DNA of 64,000 bases from Gnetum montanum (Eukaryota > Plantae > Gnetophyta), in contig MNCI01002498.1 in the NCBI GenBank assembly GCA_015680685.1, forward strand, positions 416,744 through 480,743, written 5' to 3'. Positions within the stretch are counted from its first letter, which is position 1, and each line of letters starts with the position of its first letter. Of this stretch, positions 12,708 through 25,679 are shown piece after piece. A program made the translations under genes and the position numbers. The notes below the pieces were generated by a model. The model did not search any database. It saw only the letters and a program-made list of their open reading frames with translations, and was not told the origin of the DNA.

Positions 12708-15700
12708 TGATAGGAGCACCCACTAGTTTTGACCAATGGGATTTATCATATAGAATGCAATGTTATTTGGTCATAAGCTTTGAAAACAATGTTGACTAGA
12801 TTGCCAGGAACACTCATGTATATCATTGCATTCAATAAATATAAAAGAGATTATAATGCATATCATTCAATGGAAAAGCCTATGTTTCCACAGTAGGAAA
12901 TAGAGAAAGTATTTATAATTTCATAATTTTTACGAATTTTACAATTCTAATTATAAAAAATAAAACAATGGTAAACACTCATGCATCGCAATCCCCTGTG
13001 GGAACAAGCACAATGCTTGTGTTGCAATGCCTTATGGGCTAGGTGCAACACTATACATGAAAAGCAATAAATGGCTTTTAGTCACAACATTGATGGCCCA
13101 AAACCATGCCGTATAATTATGACCTCCTTGGATAAGAGAGAATTGTCATAGCTCAATGAAACAAAAATTAAATAAATATTTTTGTTGCCGATGGAACAGC
13201 AGTAGCAGCTACGGCCGCAGCAGGAACAGTAGGAGGAACGACAGACAAGCGCCGAAGCACAACAGCAATAGACACAACGGGCAAGCGCTGGAGCCCAGTA
13301 GCAGCTGACAGGCATAGGAGAGGAGAGCTCGACAAAAACACAGGAGGGCAAAGGCGATGGGGAGCAATCGATCTAGGCCACACAGGCCCATGGGGGGGAA
13401 GGGATGAGTGCATAGGAGGGGGGTATTAAGGCACACTCCTAGGCTGACCACACCCTGCGCCTCCGAGTCAACCAGCCCCCAACGAAAGGGGTCTGCACCA
13501 TGCAACGGAGCCTCATTGGCCACTTCGTTTCCAGGGGTGCTTGCCCACAGATGGAGTTAATCTGCAAGTGGGTGCAAGAGAACTGGAAAGCTGGCCAAGT
13601 GGAGGTCCAGAGTCTGTCCGAGACCTTGCTTTTGTTCATCTTTCCGTCCCTGCAGGCTAGGGACTCGATGATGTTGGGGGGACCATGGTTTTACGAGGCT
13701 CGGGGGCTTGCTCTAACTCCATGGTGCCCAGGGGCGCACTGGGAGACAGACCTGTTCACCTGGGCCCCAATGTGGATGCGGATTTCAGGGATCCCATGGA
13801 AACTGTGGAACCTGGAATTCCTGGAAAAGGTGGCGGGTTTCTTTGGCGAATTCATTACCTTTGATAGCATCATCCAATCCATGGCGCGGATGGGCTTCGC
13901 CCATTTTTGCGTGTGGCGCAGGTTCACGGATGAGGACCTCATCTAGGAAATTATTCTGGAGCTCCCAAGCGGGGAAGAACACCTCCGAGTTGAGTTTGAG
14001 AACCTAGAGGTTGAACCATGCCTTTAACACAGAGCGAAGGCCCGTGAGGACAAGGGAGCCGAATGTACTAGCTACAAGAAACCCGAGCACTAGGAGGAGG
14101 ATTGTTGTTTCCAAAGGACACGACCAATGCGGTCGTAGGACCAACCCAAACAAATGTTTGAGGATGGGGGTTGGGTCACGATGGGTAGTAAAGGCCGTCT
14201 GCACCCCTCGCCAGACCTGCCGCCCCCACCCCCCTCCCCCCCCAAAAACCTCCCACCNNNNNNNNNNNNNNNNNNNNNNNNNNNNNNNNNNNNNNNNNNN
14301 NNNNNNNNNNNNNNNNNNNNNNNNNNNNNNNNNNNNNNNNNNNNNNNNNNNNNNNNNNNNNNNNNNNNNNNNNNNNNNNNNNNNNNNNNNNNNNNNNNNN
14401 NNNNNNNNNNNNNNNNNNNNNNNNNNNNNNNNNNNNNNNNNNNNNNNNNNNNNNNNNNNNNNNNNNNNNNNNNNNNNNNNNNNNNNNNNNNNNNNNNNNN
14501 NNNNNNNNNNNNNNNNNNNNNNNNNNNNNNNNNNNNNNNNNNNNNNNNNNNNNNNNNNNNNNNNNNNNNNNNNNNNNNNNNNNNNNNNNNNNNNNNNNNN
14601 NNNNNNNNNNNNNNNNNNNNNNNNNNNNNNNNNNNNNNNNNNNNNNNNNNNNNNNNNNNNNNNNNNNNNNNNNNNNNNNNNNNNNNNNNNNNNNNNNNNN
14701 NNNNNNNNNNNNNNNNNNNNNNNNNNNNNNNNNNNNNNNNNNNNNNNNNNNNNNNNNNNNNNNNNNNNNNNNNNNNNNNNNNNNNNNNNNNNNNNNNNNN
14801 NNNNNNNNNNNNNNNNNNNNNNNNNNNNNNNNNNNNNNNNNNNNNNNNNNNNNNNNNNNNNNNNNNNNNNNNNNNNNNNNNNNNNNNNNNNNNNNNNNNN
14901 NNNNNNNNNNNNNNNNNNNNNNNNNNNNNNNNNNNNNNNNNNNNNNNNNNNNNNNNNNNNNNNNNNNNNNNNNNNNNNNNNNNNNNNNNNNNNNNNAGGA
15001 GTTCTAGGATTTCCTTACGGTCCACTTGCTGGTGGATCTGCCCATTGGGAACTACCAGTTCACCTGGAGCAATAGGAGGAAAGGCCTGGACCACGTCCTC
15101 TCTTGAATCGACCGGGTCTGCATCAATTTCGACCTCCTCCTCCGATTGGCTGCGTGGGTTATGAGGCAAGGAAGGGTCGCTTCGAATCATCGGTCCCTGA
15201 TCTGTTCGCTCAGGCCGGAAAGGCCCCGAACCCCCCGACCATTCCGCTTTGAGGCAACCTAGCTATCTAAGCCTTGGTTGAGGCCATTAGTGTAGGACAT
15301 CTGGGCAAATTACCGACCTGGCCAGGGTGACCCCAGGAACTTCCTTTAGGAGGGTTTACTCCGCCTGAAGTGGGCCATCAAGGCCCTACCAATGGAGGAC
15401 AAATTCTCTTTTAGGACGGGTCGCAAGGGGCTCCGGGACAAACTTAGTCAGGTCTAGATCAGACATGAGGCTGTGGAGGACCTACATGAAGAAGAGCATA
15501 ACATCCTACGGCAACTCCAAGGCCTTGATCTCGAAGAGGAAACATACTAGAAACAATGGTCACGGGTCACCTAGCTCTGAGAAGGGGACAGGCAAACAAA
15601 ATTTTTCTTTGTTGTCACTAAAACACAAGGGTGGGGCCAACCAAGTTGTTTACACAACCAACATGGGAGGATTACTGATGAACCACAGAGCGTCACTAGG

Positions 15701-17430
15701 GAGTTGACGCAATATTGGAAGAAGATCTGGGCCAAGCGACCCACCAACCCCATTTCGGTCCCAATTGAGCAAGTGCTAAACGAGGAAGACAACACGTGGC
15801 TATTGACTCCATTCTCCTGGCAGGAACTCGTCGCCACCATCAACGGCATGCCAAGAGGGAAGGTGTCTGGCCTTGACAGCTGGAGTCTCGAGTTCTTCCA
15901 AACCTTCCTGGATATTGTGGGACCCAATATCCTGGACACCTTCAACCTTATGCTGGCTAGGAGGCAAGTTCGAAGGGAGATCAACTACTCTCGAATCGTG
16001 TGCATCCCAAAGCAATCAGAGGCACACCACCTAGAACACTTCCGTCCTATTGGGGTCTACAACATTTTGATTCGAGTCTTCTCCAAATTGATTGTGCATA
16101 GGCTGACGCCTCTCATGCCCAAGCTGGTGGGAGCTAATCAAGCAGGGTTTGTGCAAGGCCGAACACTACAGGACCAAGTTATCCTCATGCAGGAGGTGTT
16201 CCACTCGCTTCGAACTATGGGTTTCCCAAGGCTCTGTCTCAAGCTCGACATTACCAAGGCATATGACACACTTAGCCAAGAAGCCCTGGCTACCATAATG
16301 CAACGAAAAGGTTTTGACCAGGGGTTTATNGTTGCATCAGGTCCATAGCGATGATGAACAACAAGGGCGAAAGTGGGTCCCCNTATTGCAGAATGTCAGG
16401 GGTTGACGAATTAGACATCGCGGGGGTGGAATGTCAAGCAGAACACTATGCGGATGACACAATGTTCCTTAGTCGGGCGGGGGTCCCACAAGCACGGTGC
16501 ATCAACATCGCCCTTTCCCGATTGGCAGATGTGTTGGGACTGGAGATTAACAGGGCCAAATCATCAGCTCATTTTATTAACGTGGATCCACAAATTAAAA
16601 ATTGGATCGTGCAAGTCCTGAACATCTTGCCCGAGATGATCACGGACTCTTACCTGGGTATCCCACTCTTCCAGTGGGGGTGGAGCATGTCTTGGAGGAC
16701 ATTGTTGGAGAAAGTTGAACGGAGGATGGGTCACTAGACAAACCATTTTTTGACTCGGAAGGGATTTTTGGTTGTGGCATCAGGGATTCTCACGGCGATT
16801 ACCCGGTTCGTGGCAGCAATTGCCACCCCCCGAATGCCATCATTAACAAGATCAACATGATGATCAAGCGTTTCCTCTGGACGGGGAGCAAAGGGAGGGG
16901 AGGGGGGCAAACTCCACCTCGTTTGCTGGGAAGGGGTTGTGCACCCCCGTAACGTGGGGGGGCTGGGCATCTCGTCGTTCGATGATGAGCTGATGCTGGG
17001 ACAGCAATGCCTGTTGCTCCGTTTCATGTGCACGCATGGGGAACTAGCCCAGTGGATCCACATTATGAATGCGAAATATCGTTGTTGGGAGGCAGGGGTG
17101 CAAGATTTGAGGGTCTGGCAGACGCTCTGCCGCCGTACGCGTGTGATGCAGGCGCAAGGGTGGTTGGGCTTCGAACCACGCCATCTAATGGTAGCCAAGT
17201 ACCCGCAGGTGTCAGGCTAGCAACAAATTTGGAGGGGGCAGCTCCCCGAGAAGATCAAGATGTTTCTATGGTTATTGCGAAATGACGCATTGCCAGTCTG
17301 CACGTTTCTGCATAGACGCGACCTCCCTGTGAATGACACCTGCCCCTTGTGTGGCACTGCGCCAGAAACAATTCAGCACTTCATCGCAGAATGCGCATAC
17401 ATGCGTGCCATGTGCCATGTAGCTGAGGCG

Positions 17431-17465
<35 letters not shown>

Positions 17466-20370
17466 NCCACGCTACTTTCATGGGTAGCATGGAAAACAAG
17501 AAACCGTGCTATTTTCCAGCAAATTAGGCTGCCCCCGCCCCCGCTGGTGGCTTCCCAAGCTCTCCACACGTAGAACGAGATCGAGGCAACAATGGGGATC
17601 ATGCTGACCTTTGAGCCTGATTGCACTACATTTCGGGAGGAGGAAGAACTCTAGGAATTGGTGGAACAATGCAGCTGGGACGGCCCCCTACAGCGGCTGA
17701 CCGGTGACCCAGATCTTGCAGATGATGCGTTTTTCTCAAACTGGCGTGATGACTGGACTTACTTTCGAGGATGAGAGGTAATCGTCACGGAATCCTCGAT
17801 TGCTAGGTGTCTAGGGGCCCCGGCCGCTAGCGAGGTCATTTTACCTTCCAATCAAGGGTTGTAGGACATGGAACTATTTTTCGATGGGCCAGTGCCATGC
17901 ACGCAAAGCAGGCAAGTGCCCAGATCCTCCCTGCCCTGAATTTGGGCCTAGGCGGCAGATCTAGTAGACCATTTTTTTATCCAGTCTGGCAACGGCTCCA
18001 AGCTACAGGGCATCCACTTTGCCTTCCTTTGTTGCCTGAAGTTGGGGCGCCAGGTTAACCTGCCGCAATTTTTCTGGCGGGCCCTACAAATTCAGAGACG
18101 GGGCCGTCATTCAGGGCTCATCCTGGCCCTTTGGCGGGGGGAAGAGGGGGGGGCAAACCCCCCAACTAGGTGCCCCCCCACCTGGCCCCTCATCATCGGC
18201 CAGCCAGGAACCCCTATGGACCCCACTGACGATGACCTACACGAGGAAACGATGGAGCTAGCGTGGATAGCACCCCCCAACCAGCCCCACGACACCAGAA
18301 TCATCTCCGCCTTGAGACCTCCGAGCACAACGCAAACCGGGACGAGGAGTTGCAGCAAGCTGCAACCGAGGCGCGCGAGGCCGAGCTGTAGAAATGGGAG
18401 ACAAAATGGTAGGAATCCCTCACGCAGGCACAGGTTGAGCTAAAGGCCCAATTTAGGGAAAGGGAGTAGGAGTGGGTGAGGCAACAATCCCTCCTAGCCG
18501 ATGTAGCCTGGGCCCGGCTGGAGGATGAGATCTAGGCCCAAGTGTGGAAAGAATTGATGCTGGAGGAAAACGCTTGAAGGGAGCAGGAGGAGGCAGAACG
18601 AGCGTAGCTGGAATGAGCTTAGGAGGAGGAGGCCCAGAGGCAGAGCCAACTGGACTAGGCTCATGAACACAGCACCCGCCAGTGGCTTAGAAGTGGTCAG
18701 TGCCCATACCTCATCTTGGGCATCAACTGCGACAACTCTTGGGGAGAGCTCAAACGACATATCCATCGAACCTCGGTGCGCGTCCATCCGAATGCAGGGA
18801 CATCGGTAGCGGATCGGAACAGACGAGAGTCGACCATGCAAGGAATCTAGCAAGCCACCAATTTTGTCGACACAGAGGTCCATCAGAATACACTAGATAT
18901 TCTGCATGAGCTAGAACGACCACACTGTGCCTATCGTCGGCTGCTGATGAACCCCTAACATGGTCGCTTTCAACCCGTGGGGGTCGCTGTTGCCCNNNNN
19001 NNNNNNNNNNNNNNNNNNNNNNNNNNNNNNNNNNNNNNNNNNNNNNNNNNNNNNNNNNNNNNNNNNNNNNNNNNNNNNNNNNNNNNNNNNNNNNNNNNNN
19101 NNNNNNNNNNNNNNNNNNCCTAATCTGGAGTTCTGGCATGTTGATTTTGGGGTATTACCCCACCACTCATGGCCCATCGTTGATGTCCCAATACTTGTAA
19201 TCTCTTGTACTATAATTTTCAGTAATACACTCCCGACTATTTCCTCAAAAAAAATGTTTAAGGCATCAATAGTAAAATAAGGGGAAACCATGAGCTTTAT
19301 TCACTATGCAAACACTAGACTCCGCATTGACTAAATAGTTCTAAGCTATGTAAGCAAGCTAGCACTCTAACAGAGTCTAGCCGTACTTGTGAAAGCGATG
19401 GCTCAAAATACATACATAAACAAAGAAGGAAATCAACTTACCCAAGAAAAAAAGAGCTCTTCACATAAACTAGATGCCACAAGCTCCAAAGGAATGAAAG
19501 TTATTATATGATATGACTAAGATGTGTATGAAAGCTCATCCCAGGTATTTATAATTTTCATGAAATAACCAAGGAAGTTGGTTAGCGGCTAGGCATCAAC
19601 AAAGGTCTATCAATGTAGCCCAAGCTAATCCCAATCACACTACTAGCAAAGAAGGCCAAACCAAGCTTGGTAGGGGGTGCATCAGTGCACCAAGGGCTAT
19701 GCTGACATAGGGGAGTTAGCTCAACCCTAACCCCCATCCCCATCCAAAACCCCCAACAAAAAACAAAACAAAAAACCAAAAATACACTTTGCCAAACCAA
19801 CTTTGGATGAAAGCCTAAACTCAAGCAAGCATGTCAAGAAAATCATAGGCCATCCAAATGAAGCTAGGATCATCCTAAGAAACTTAGAACATGCACACAA
19901 CCTTGAAGTGTGACACAAGGGGGCAAAGGTGCAAACCCGAGAAACATAGAACCTCAACCGAACACATTAAACTACAAACACAAGGCACATGAAATACTTC
20001 TCAAATCCAAGGCTTACAATAAACATACAAATTTCCACTAGATGTCTCATCATTTTGTCACAACTGAGTAAAGCTAGTCCCATAGCTTTAACACCCAAGA
20101 CACAAGGATTGGGGCTAGACACATGACAAGGTCAATGTTGAAGGATTACAAATGTACACATAACTTTGACACAAGAATCATTGCAAAATTGCCACTTTAA
20201 AAAGAAGAGCCAAGGGATGATGGTTGACAAGAAGAGTCCCCTAGGATGCTTGCAAAGCTGAAGATGACTCAAGCTTGATGGAATGATCTCTAACAGATCT
20301 TTTGGCTTGAATTCGGGCACTAATTGTTGTACATGTCCCTCACTTGTGGTTCGGAAACGTGATCCTTTCA
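12708..20370 (-). repeat. 3' LTR of the gypsy element (about 1.6 kb), split by LINE B
   Basis: Termini TGATAGG...CCTTTCA. Segments 12708-13188 and 19255-19340 align colinearly with 29811-30386. Confidence 0.8.
13189..19254 (+). mobile_element. LINE B: near full-length L1-clade element in the gypsy LTR (DUF4283 ORF1, APE, RT, zf-RVT, PMD-like domain, coil, J-domain)
   Basis: ORF1 RSLIGHF...GGPWFYEARGLALTPWCP...WMRISGIPWKLW; APE FTWSNRR..IDRV; RT FRPIGVYN, LKLDITKAYD, HYADD; J-domain 18701-18958; ends CCCGACTATTTCCTCAAAAAAAA. The LTR resumes on both sides. No clear TSD. Confidence 0.9.
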
Positions 20371-23300
20371 CCCCCAAATCTTCTTTTTGAAAAAAGTTTC
20401 TCAAGTTCTAGATTGAACTACTGTTCTTTGAGTGGAGTCGAAGGATGTCATCTCTCCACCAATCCATAAATTGAGGCTTATGATCCTTTAACTAGTTCTT
20501 GCATGGGTCTTAGGGGTGCACCTACCTAACATGTTGATTGCAACAATGCTAAAAATTATGCGAAATCTTTAGGCATTAAAACACCATTAAAAAAATCATG
20601 CATAAGAACAACAATAAGTGTAATCTCTAAAGAAAACATGAATAAAAAAATCACAATTGAATGCTAAACACATACATGGGTATGATAAATGGCATAGGAA
20701 AGCATCAAAGAATACATACCCAATTATGCCTCTCCCCATGACTGAGTTATGAGACACTAGCTTTGGACAACATGAATTCAATGCACATACAAAAGAACAC
20801 CAACATAACAAATAAAGGCATAAATATAAGAATCGATAAGCACATGTTAGCCTTGCACCCTAAATAAACCAAAAGGCTCTAAAACGTGTGATACCATCAA
20901 CTAAACAAATCAAGCAATGCAAAAACATGAAGTATAACTCAATCAAATATCCAATCCATAATCAAAATACATAGGCAAAGAGAAGAACTAGGAAAAAATA
21001 GTCTTGGTCAAATCATTAGGCTCATTGAGTTGCAACCACACAAACAGAAGACCAATCAAGTGTCTTATGCCATGCAACCACTACCATCCTAGGAGATAAG
21101 CTTGAGCTCACTTGCTTATGGTGCCAAGCCACCAAGGATTCACAAGTGGATCCTTCCCATAGCAGGCACCTACTTTATTGTCCTTTAGAAGCTCATTGAT
21201 GGGACACCTATGGATTCCCAACAACTAGTGAGACATCAACATCAAACGCAAGTCCTTCCCCTTGTATGGCCAAATCTCAGCCTCCATTTTGCCCAATCAA
21301 CTTCCTACCACACACAACAATGGACAAGAACAGAAAGAAATAGATGGAGAATGCATGATGGCAAGAGAAGGAAGGTGAGAGTGCAACATCACCAGATTCC
21401 TAGCCAACCATTCAATTAGGTCATGAAAGCACATGAGCATGTCCTATATCCGAAGAGAGATTTGCTACTGCATCCCTTCACCGTTAGTCATCCACATGGT
21501 GGGGATAGACCTCCAAGTCCCCCTTTTACATGCAAGGTCACACTTGCTGCTACCAATGCCATCTAGCCTTGCTTATTCTACAGTCCAACCATTGGTGAAA
21601 TCAAACCAAGGCAACATGCCAAAGAACATCCAAAAGTCAAGATTCTAGTTTGGTTTTCCTCCATCTGTGCACATATCAACAGCAAGTTCCCCAAATTTTA
21701 CTTTACCAGAAACCAACCATCGATCCCTCTAGCTATGCTAACTGATCACAATCCCAATACTGATTACAATCGCATGACCAGGAAATGATGGACATGGTCA
21801 TGATTTGAATCAATGGTTATGACCTTGACCCCTAGGAACAAATGGATTTAGGAATTGAGTAGAAGCAACATTTGACATTACCAAAGTTTACTAAGAAAGA
21901 GACTTCTAGGCCTTCATGGCTATGGCTAGGGACGAGCAAGAGATTGTCTTGGATTGTTACATTTGGGAGTCAAGTGATCCAAGCAATGGGTTGAACATGA
22001 AATAGGCTTTGCATGACTATTGGTTCAACCTCTCATTTTGATCTTAACTTGAGCAATCATAGGGTTGGTCTAGGATGGTAAGAATACCAATTTGTGTAGA
22101 CTGATAGGCTTGAAGTTAAATTGCTCTTCCCATTACCTCCTTTTCTCATCATTATTATTATTGTCATTTTTTCATAATTTTTCTCTCATTTTTTTTCATC
22201 CTTTCTTTTCATTTTCATTCATCATTCTTTTCTTTCTTTCATGAGAAGAGGATTTTTAAAGGATATGTGGAAATAATGGAAATGACTAGAGTGCAGGATC
22301 ACCACCTAGAGTCTTTGATTTGCATGAACATGAGAATACATCCCTCACCATGGCACACATAGGCTCATGAGATCACAAAGCTCTTCTAACTAGGGTAGTC
22401 AAGCATGGCAAGCATGTGCACCTTAGTCCAATCACACCGTAAAACCCATCCAGTGGTTACAAGGATCCTCAATGGCACACCTTTTTATTGTCAGTGACCA
22501 AGAACTCATCTAGGATTCCAAAGGTCATACCCTAAGGTATGGACCCACCACCTACCCATGGTTCCAGTAACATTAGCTTCAACAACTCATAGTGTGAGTC
22601 CTAGCTCCCTGCTAAATCTAAGCCTGGTTCACCAATGATGGATAGAGGAAAAGTGGGTGGATAAATTCTGTTGAGTGAACATTCCATCAATCAAGGCTCC
22701 ACGTTAGACACGTTTGGCACTCCTACATCATCATCACATCTGTAATTCACTCATCCTCCATTGGCTTATTGGGTAAGCATTCATAAAGCACATTAATTAG
22801 TTTTCCCCCACACATACAACCACATTTAAATAAATGAAAAGATCAAGAATGATTAATCATTAATTTCAAAAAATGTAAATATATCAACTAAACACACCAA
22901 CTTTATTAAGACACACAAACAAAATGACAAAGATAAAAGAAAATTTGACATGGCATGGAGGATTCCTCCCCCACAACTAATCCATGTCTATCACCTAATA
23001 GACATCTACATGTAAAATACAAGATTGATTATTATGTACTCTCAGAGGGGAAAGATATTCTCTATATTGCTTCTATATTACTTCAGGTGTTACCATTGAG
23101 CAACAAAATCTTATCTGGCATGTCTAGATGGTTAATATGTGCTATACCAAACTAGTGATTGGTGTGAACAACATATAGTCCTTCCCATTAAAATTGAAAC
23201 TTCCCCAAATGGGACAAGTGTGATGGATTAAAATAGAGGACCTTATTGCGTTTGAAATCAAATTGTCTTGCACAAACATCATGTCGAGCCTTTGTATAGG

Positions 23301-24816
23301 AATGTTCTAACTTGTTATGCATCAAGGCGATCCTGCAATTCTCATTGAAAAGATTACAATTGCTCAACCTCTCTTTTTGTGCAAAATCTAAAGTCATATC
23401 AAAATCCACAACACTGCCCAAGGTTTTCATTTTAAGATCAATGGGTAGTCATGGAACCTGTCCATAGATCAACTTGAACGGTGTGTAACCAATAGGATTT
23501 TTTCATGTCATTCGATAAGCCCAAAGAGCATCATTAAGCTTATTAGCCTAGTCCCTTCTATACCCACTAACCATTTTTTTAAGTATTCTAACAATGTCAT
23601 GGTTAGTAACTTCCACTTGGCCATTGGCCTACGAGTGAGAAGGCAAAGTCAATTTATGATTAACTCCACAAGAATCAAATAAATTCTTGAAACCCTTACT
23701 AGTAAAGTGTGTGCCATTATTGGAGATCAAGATTCAAGAAATACTGAACGTATAGAGTACATTGCCCTAAAGGAAGTTCGTTGCAGTAGTAGATGAAAAA
23801 TCCTTAACAGCAACAACTTCCACCTACTTCGTGCAATAATCTACACATACAATGATGTATGTTTTGTCGTTGGAGGTGAACAAATGGGACCAATGAAATC
23901 AATCATCCATATATCAAAGGGCTCCAATGGTTGGATCCACTATTATGATTACTCTATACATGAGGACATACCTCCCTCATGTTGGCACTTGTCACAGCAA
24001 TGCACAAAATGTTAAGCATCATGAAACATGACATGCCAAAAATAGCCCACAAGCAGTAGCTTTGTCACAATCCTCTTTCTAGAATAGTGCCCACCACACA
24101 TGCCATGAAGGATGTGAGCCAAGATAGCACCTTCACTCTCTTTCAGAACACACCACCTTACTAGACATTCAGGGCATCTCTTATAAAGATGCTTTTTGAC
24201 AACCAAGTAAGGCTTTACCTGGTGTTGGAATCATTGGATCTTTCGTTTGTCCCACCCAAGAGGAATCCAAGAGGAACCTTCTAGGCCACCAGGTAATTGA
24301 AAATGTCGGCAAACCATGGGTAGTCATGTTCTTTCTTTGAGTTGAAAATGACTTTCCAAAGGTGGTCATTTGGAAAGTCATCAAGAAACACACCTTCTCC
24401 TTTGTTGCCAATTCGTAATCAAAACAAATGATCTACCACCACATTTTTAGCTCCTTTGTGATTGATCATGTGAAGATCGAACTCCTACAAAAGAACCAGC
24501 CATCAAATCACCCAAGGGCTGACATCGAGTTTGTTTATAGGAAATCAAATGGCACTATGATTAGTATAGATGAAGATTTTGCACCCAAGAACATAGTGCC
24601 TAAATTTTTGCAATCCATTAGTTCTTGTTCAATGATGGTGTAGTTCAATTGAGGTCCCACAATGCTTTGGCTAGCATAGTGGATGTAGTAGGCCCTCTTC
24701 TTCTCATTAAACTACATCAAGACAACACCCAATGCAAAGTCATAAGCGCTTATCATTTTATGGAAGGGTTGAGCCCAATTAGGACTTTACAACACCAGAG
24801 TTTGGGTTAGCCTTTT

Positions 24817-25679
24817 TGATGAGCAGCGAGGTACCCAAATGCCCAACCATACGAATCACGGCCGTTCACGCGTGACTCGGTTGAATTCCGCAAACTGTAA
24901 GCACTTGCATACACCAAACTCTAGCCAGCAAGACTTAGAACGGTTGTTGTCTTTTCAACCTCACTTGTGTTGTTCTAAAGTGATGGTTAAGTGAGATTGA
25001 GGCAAATGATTTTTATTGGTTTTCTTTTTATCTTTTAAGGTCTAGTTCTTTAATTGTAAGGAAAGAAAAGTTGTGTAACTCACCCTAGCATAAGTAACTG
25101 ATCCCATCTTCTGTGCACATCCTGAGCATACCCTAACCACTGCTAGGTTACCAGACATCAAGCATCACTGGGTTATCAAGTGTTTGATTTATGTTTGAGA
25201 TGGTCGTGCCTATGGTTCTCATAAAATATGAAAGGACAATAATTGTAGAATGATAACAATTAAAGCTTCTGAAATTATTGAAGCATGGAAACATTAAACT
25301 ATTAAAATGCTTAAGTGATTAAATCCAAATGCTGCAAGGAATGCTCAAAAAGCTTGTCTTTATTGCCGGTCACACCAATGGGCTCAGGTACATTAGCGCT
25401 TGAATAAAGAGCCGTACACCTTTCTCACAGCTACTACGGGCACTTGGAAAAATATTCTAACTCTTACGGGAATAAACTGCAAGAGTTTGGCTACAACTAC
25501 TCCAAAAGATGCCATAAATGCTGCGGGTGCACACATATTTATAGCAAGAGATAGACTCTATGTTAACGGGGTCACGTTAACGCATGGATGGATACATAAA
25601 CAGGGTCACATCAATGAGACCGCATCAACGAGGCTACGTTAACCCGGCCCAAGCAACGTATCAACCGAACACTTCATCA
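24817..25679. mobile_element. Solo LTR (863 bp) inserted in the gypsy pol
   Basis: Termini TGATGA...TCATCA. TSD CTTTT/CTTTC (1 mismatch). Removing it restores QCLKERLTQTLVL in pol. Confidence 0.8.

Noticed and set aside
14011-15190. Long ORFs spanning N runs (also 7115-8173, 18750-19291, 44909-46086)
   Set aside because: Their length comes from X residues.
16331-16383. Inverted RT fragment (GDPLSPLLFIIAMDLMQ on minus) inside LINE B
   Set aside because: It is bounded by single Ns on both sides, so it is most likely a mis-oriented gap fill.
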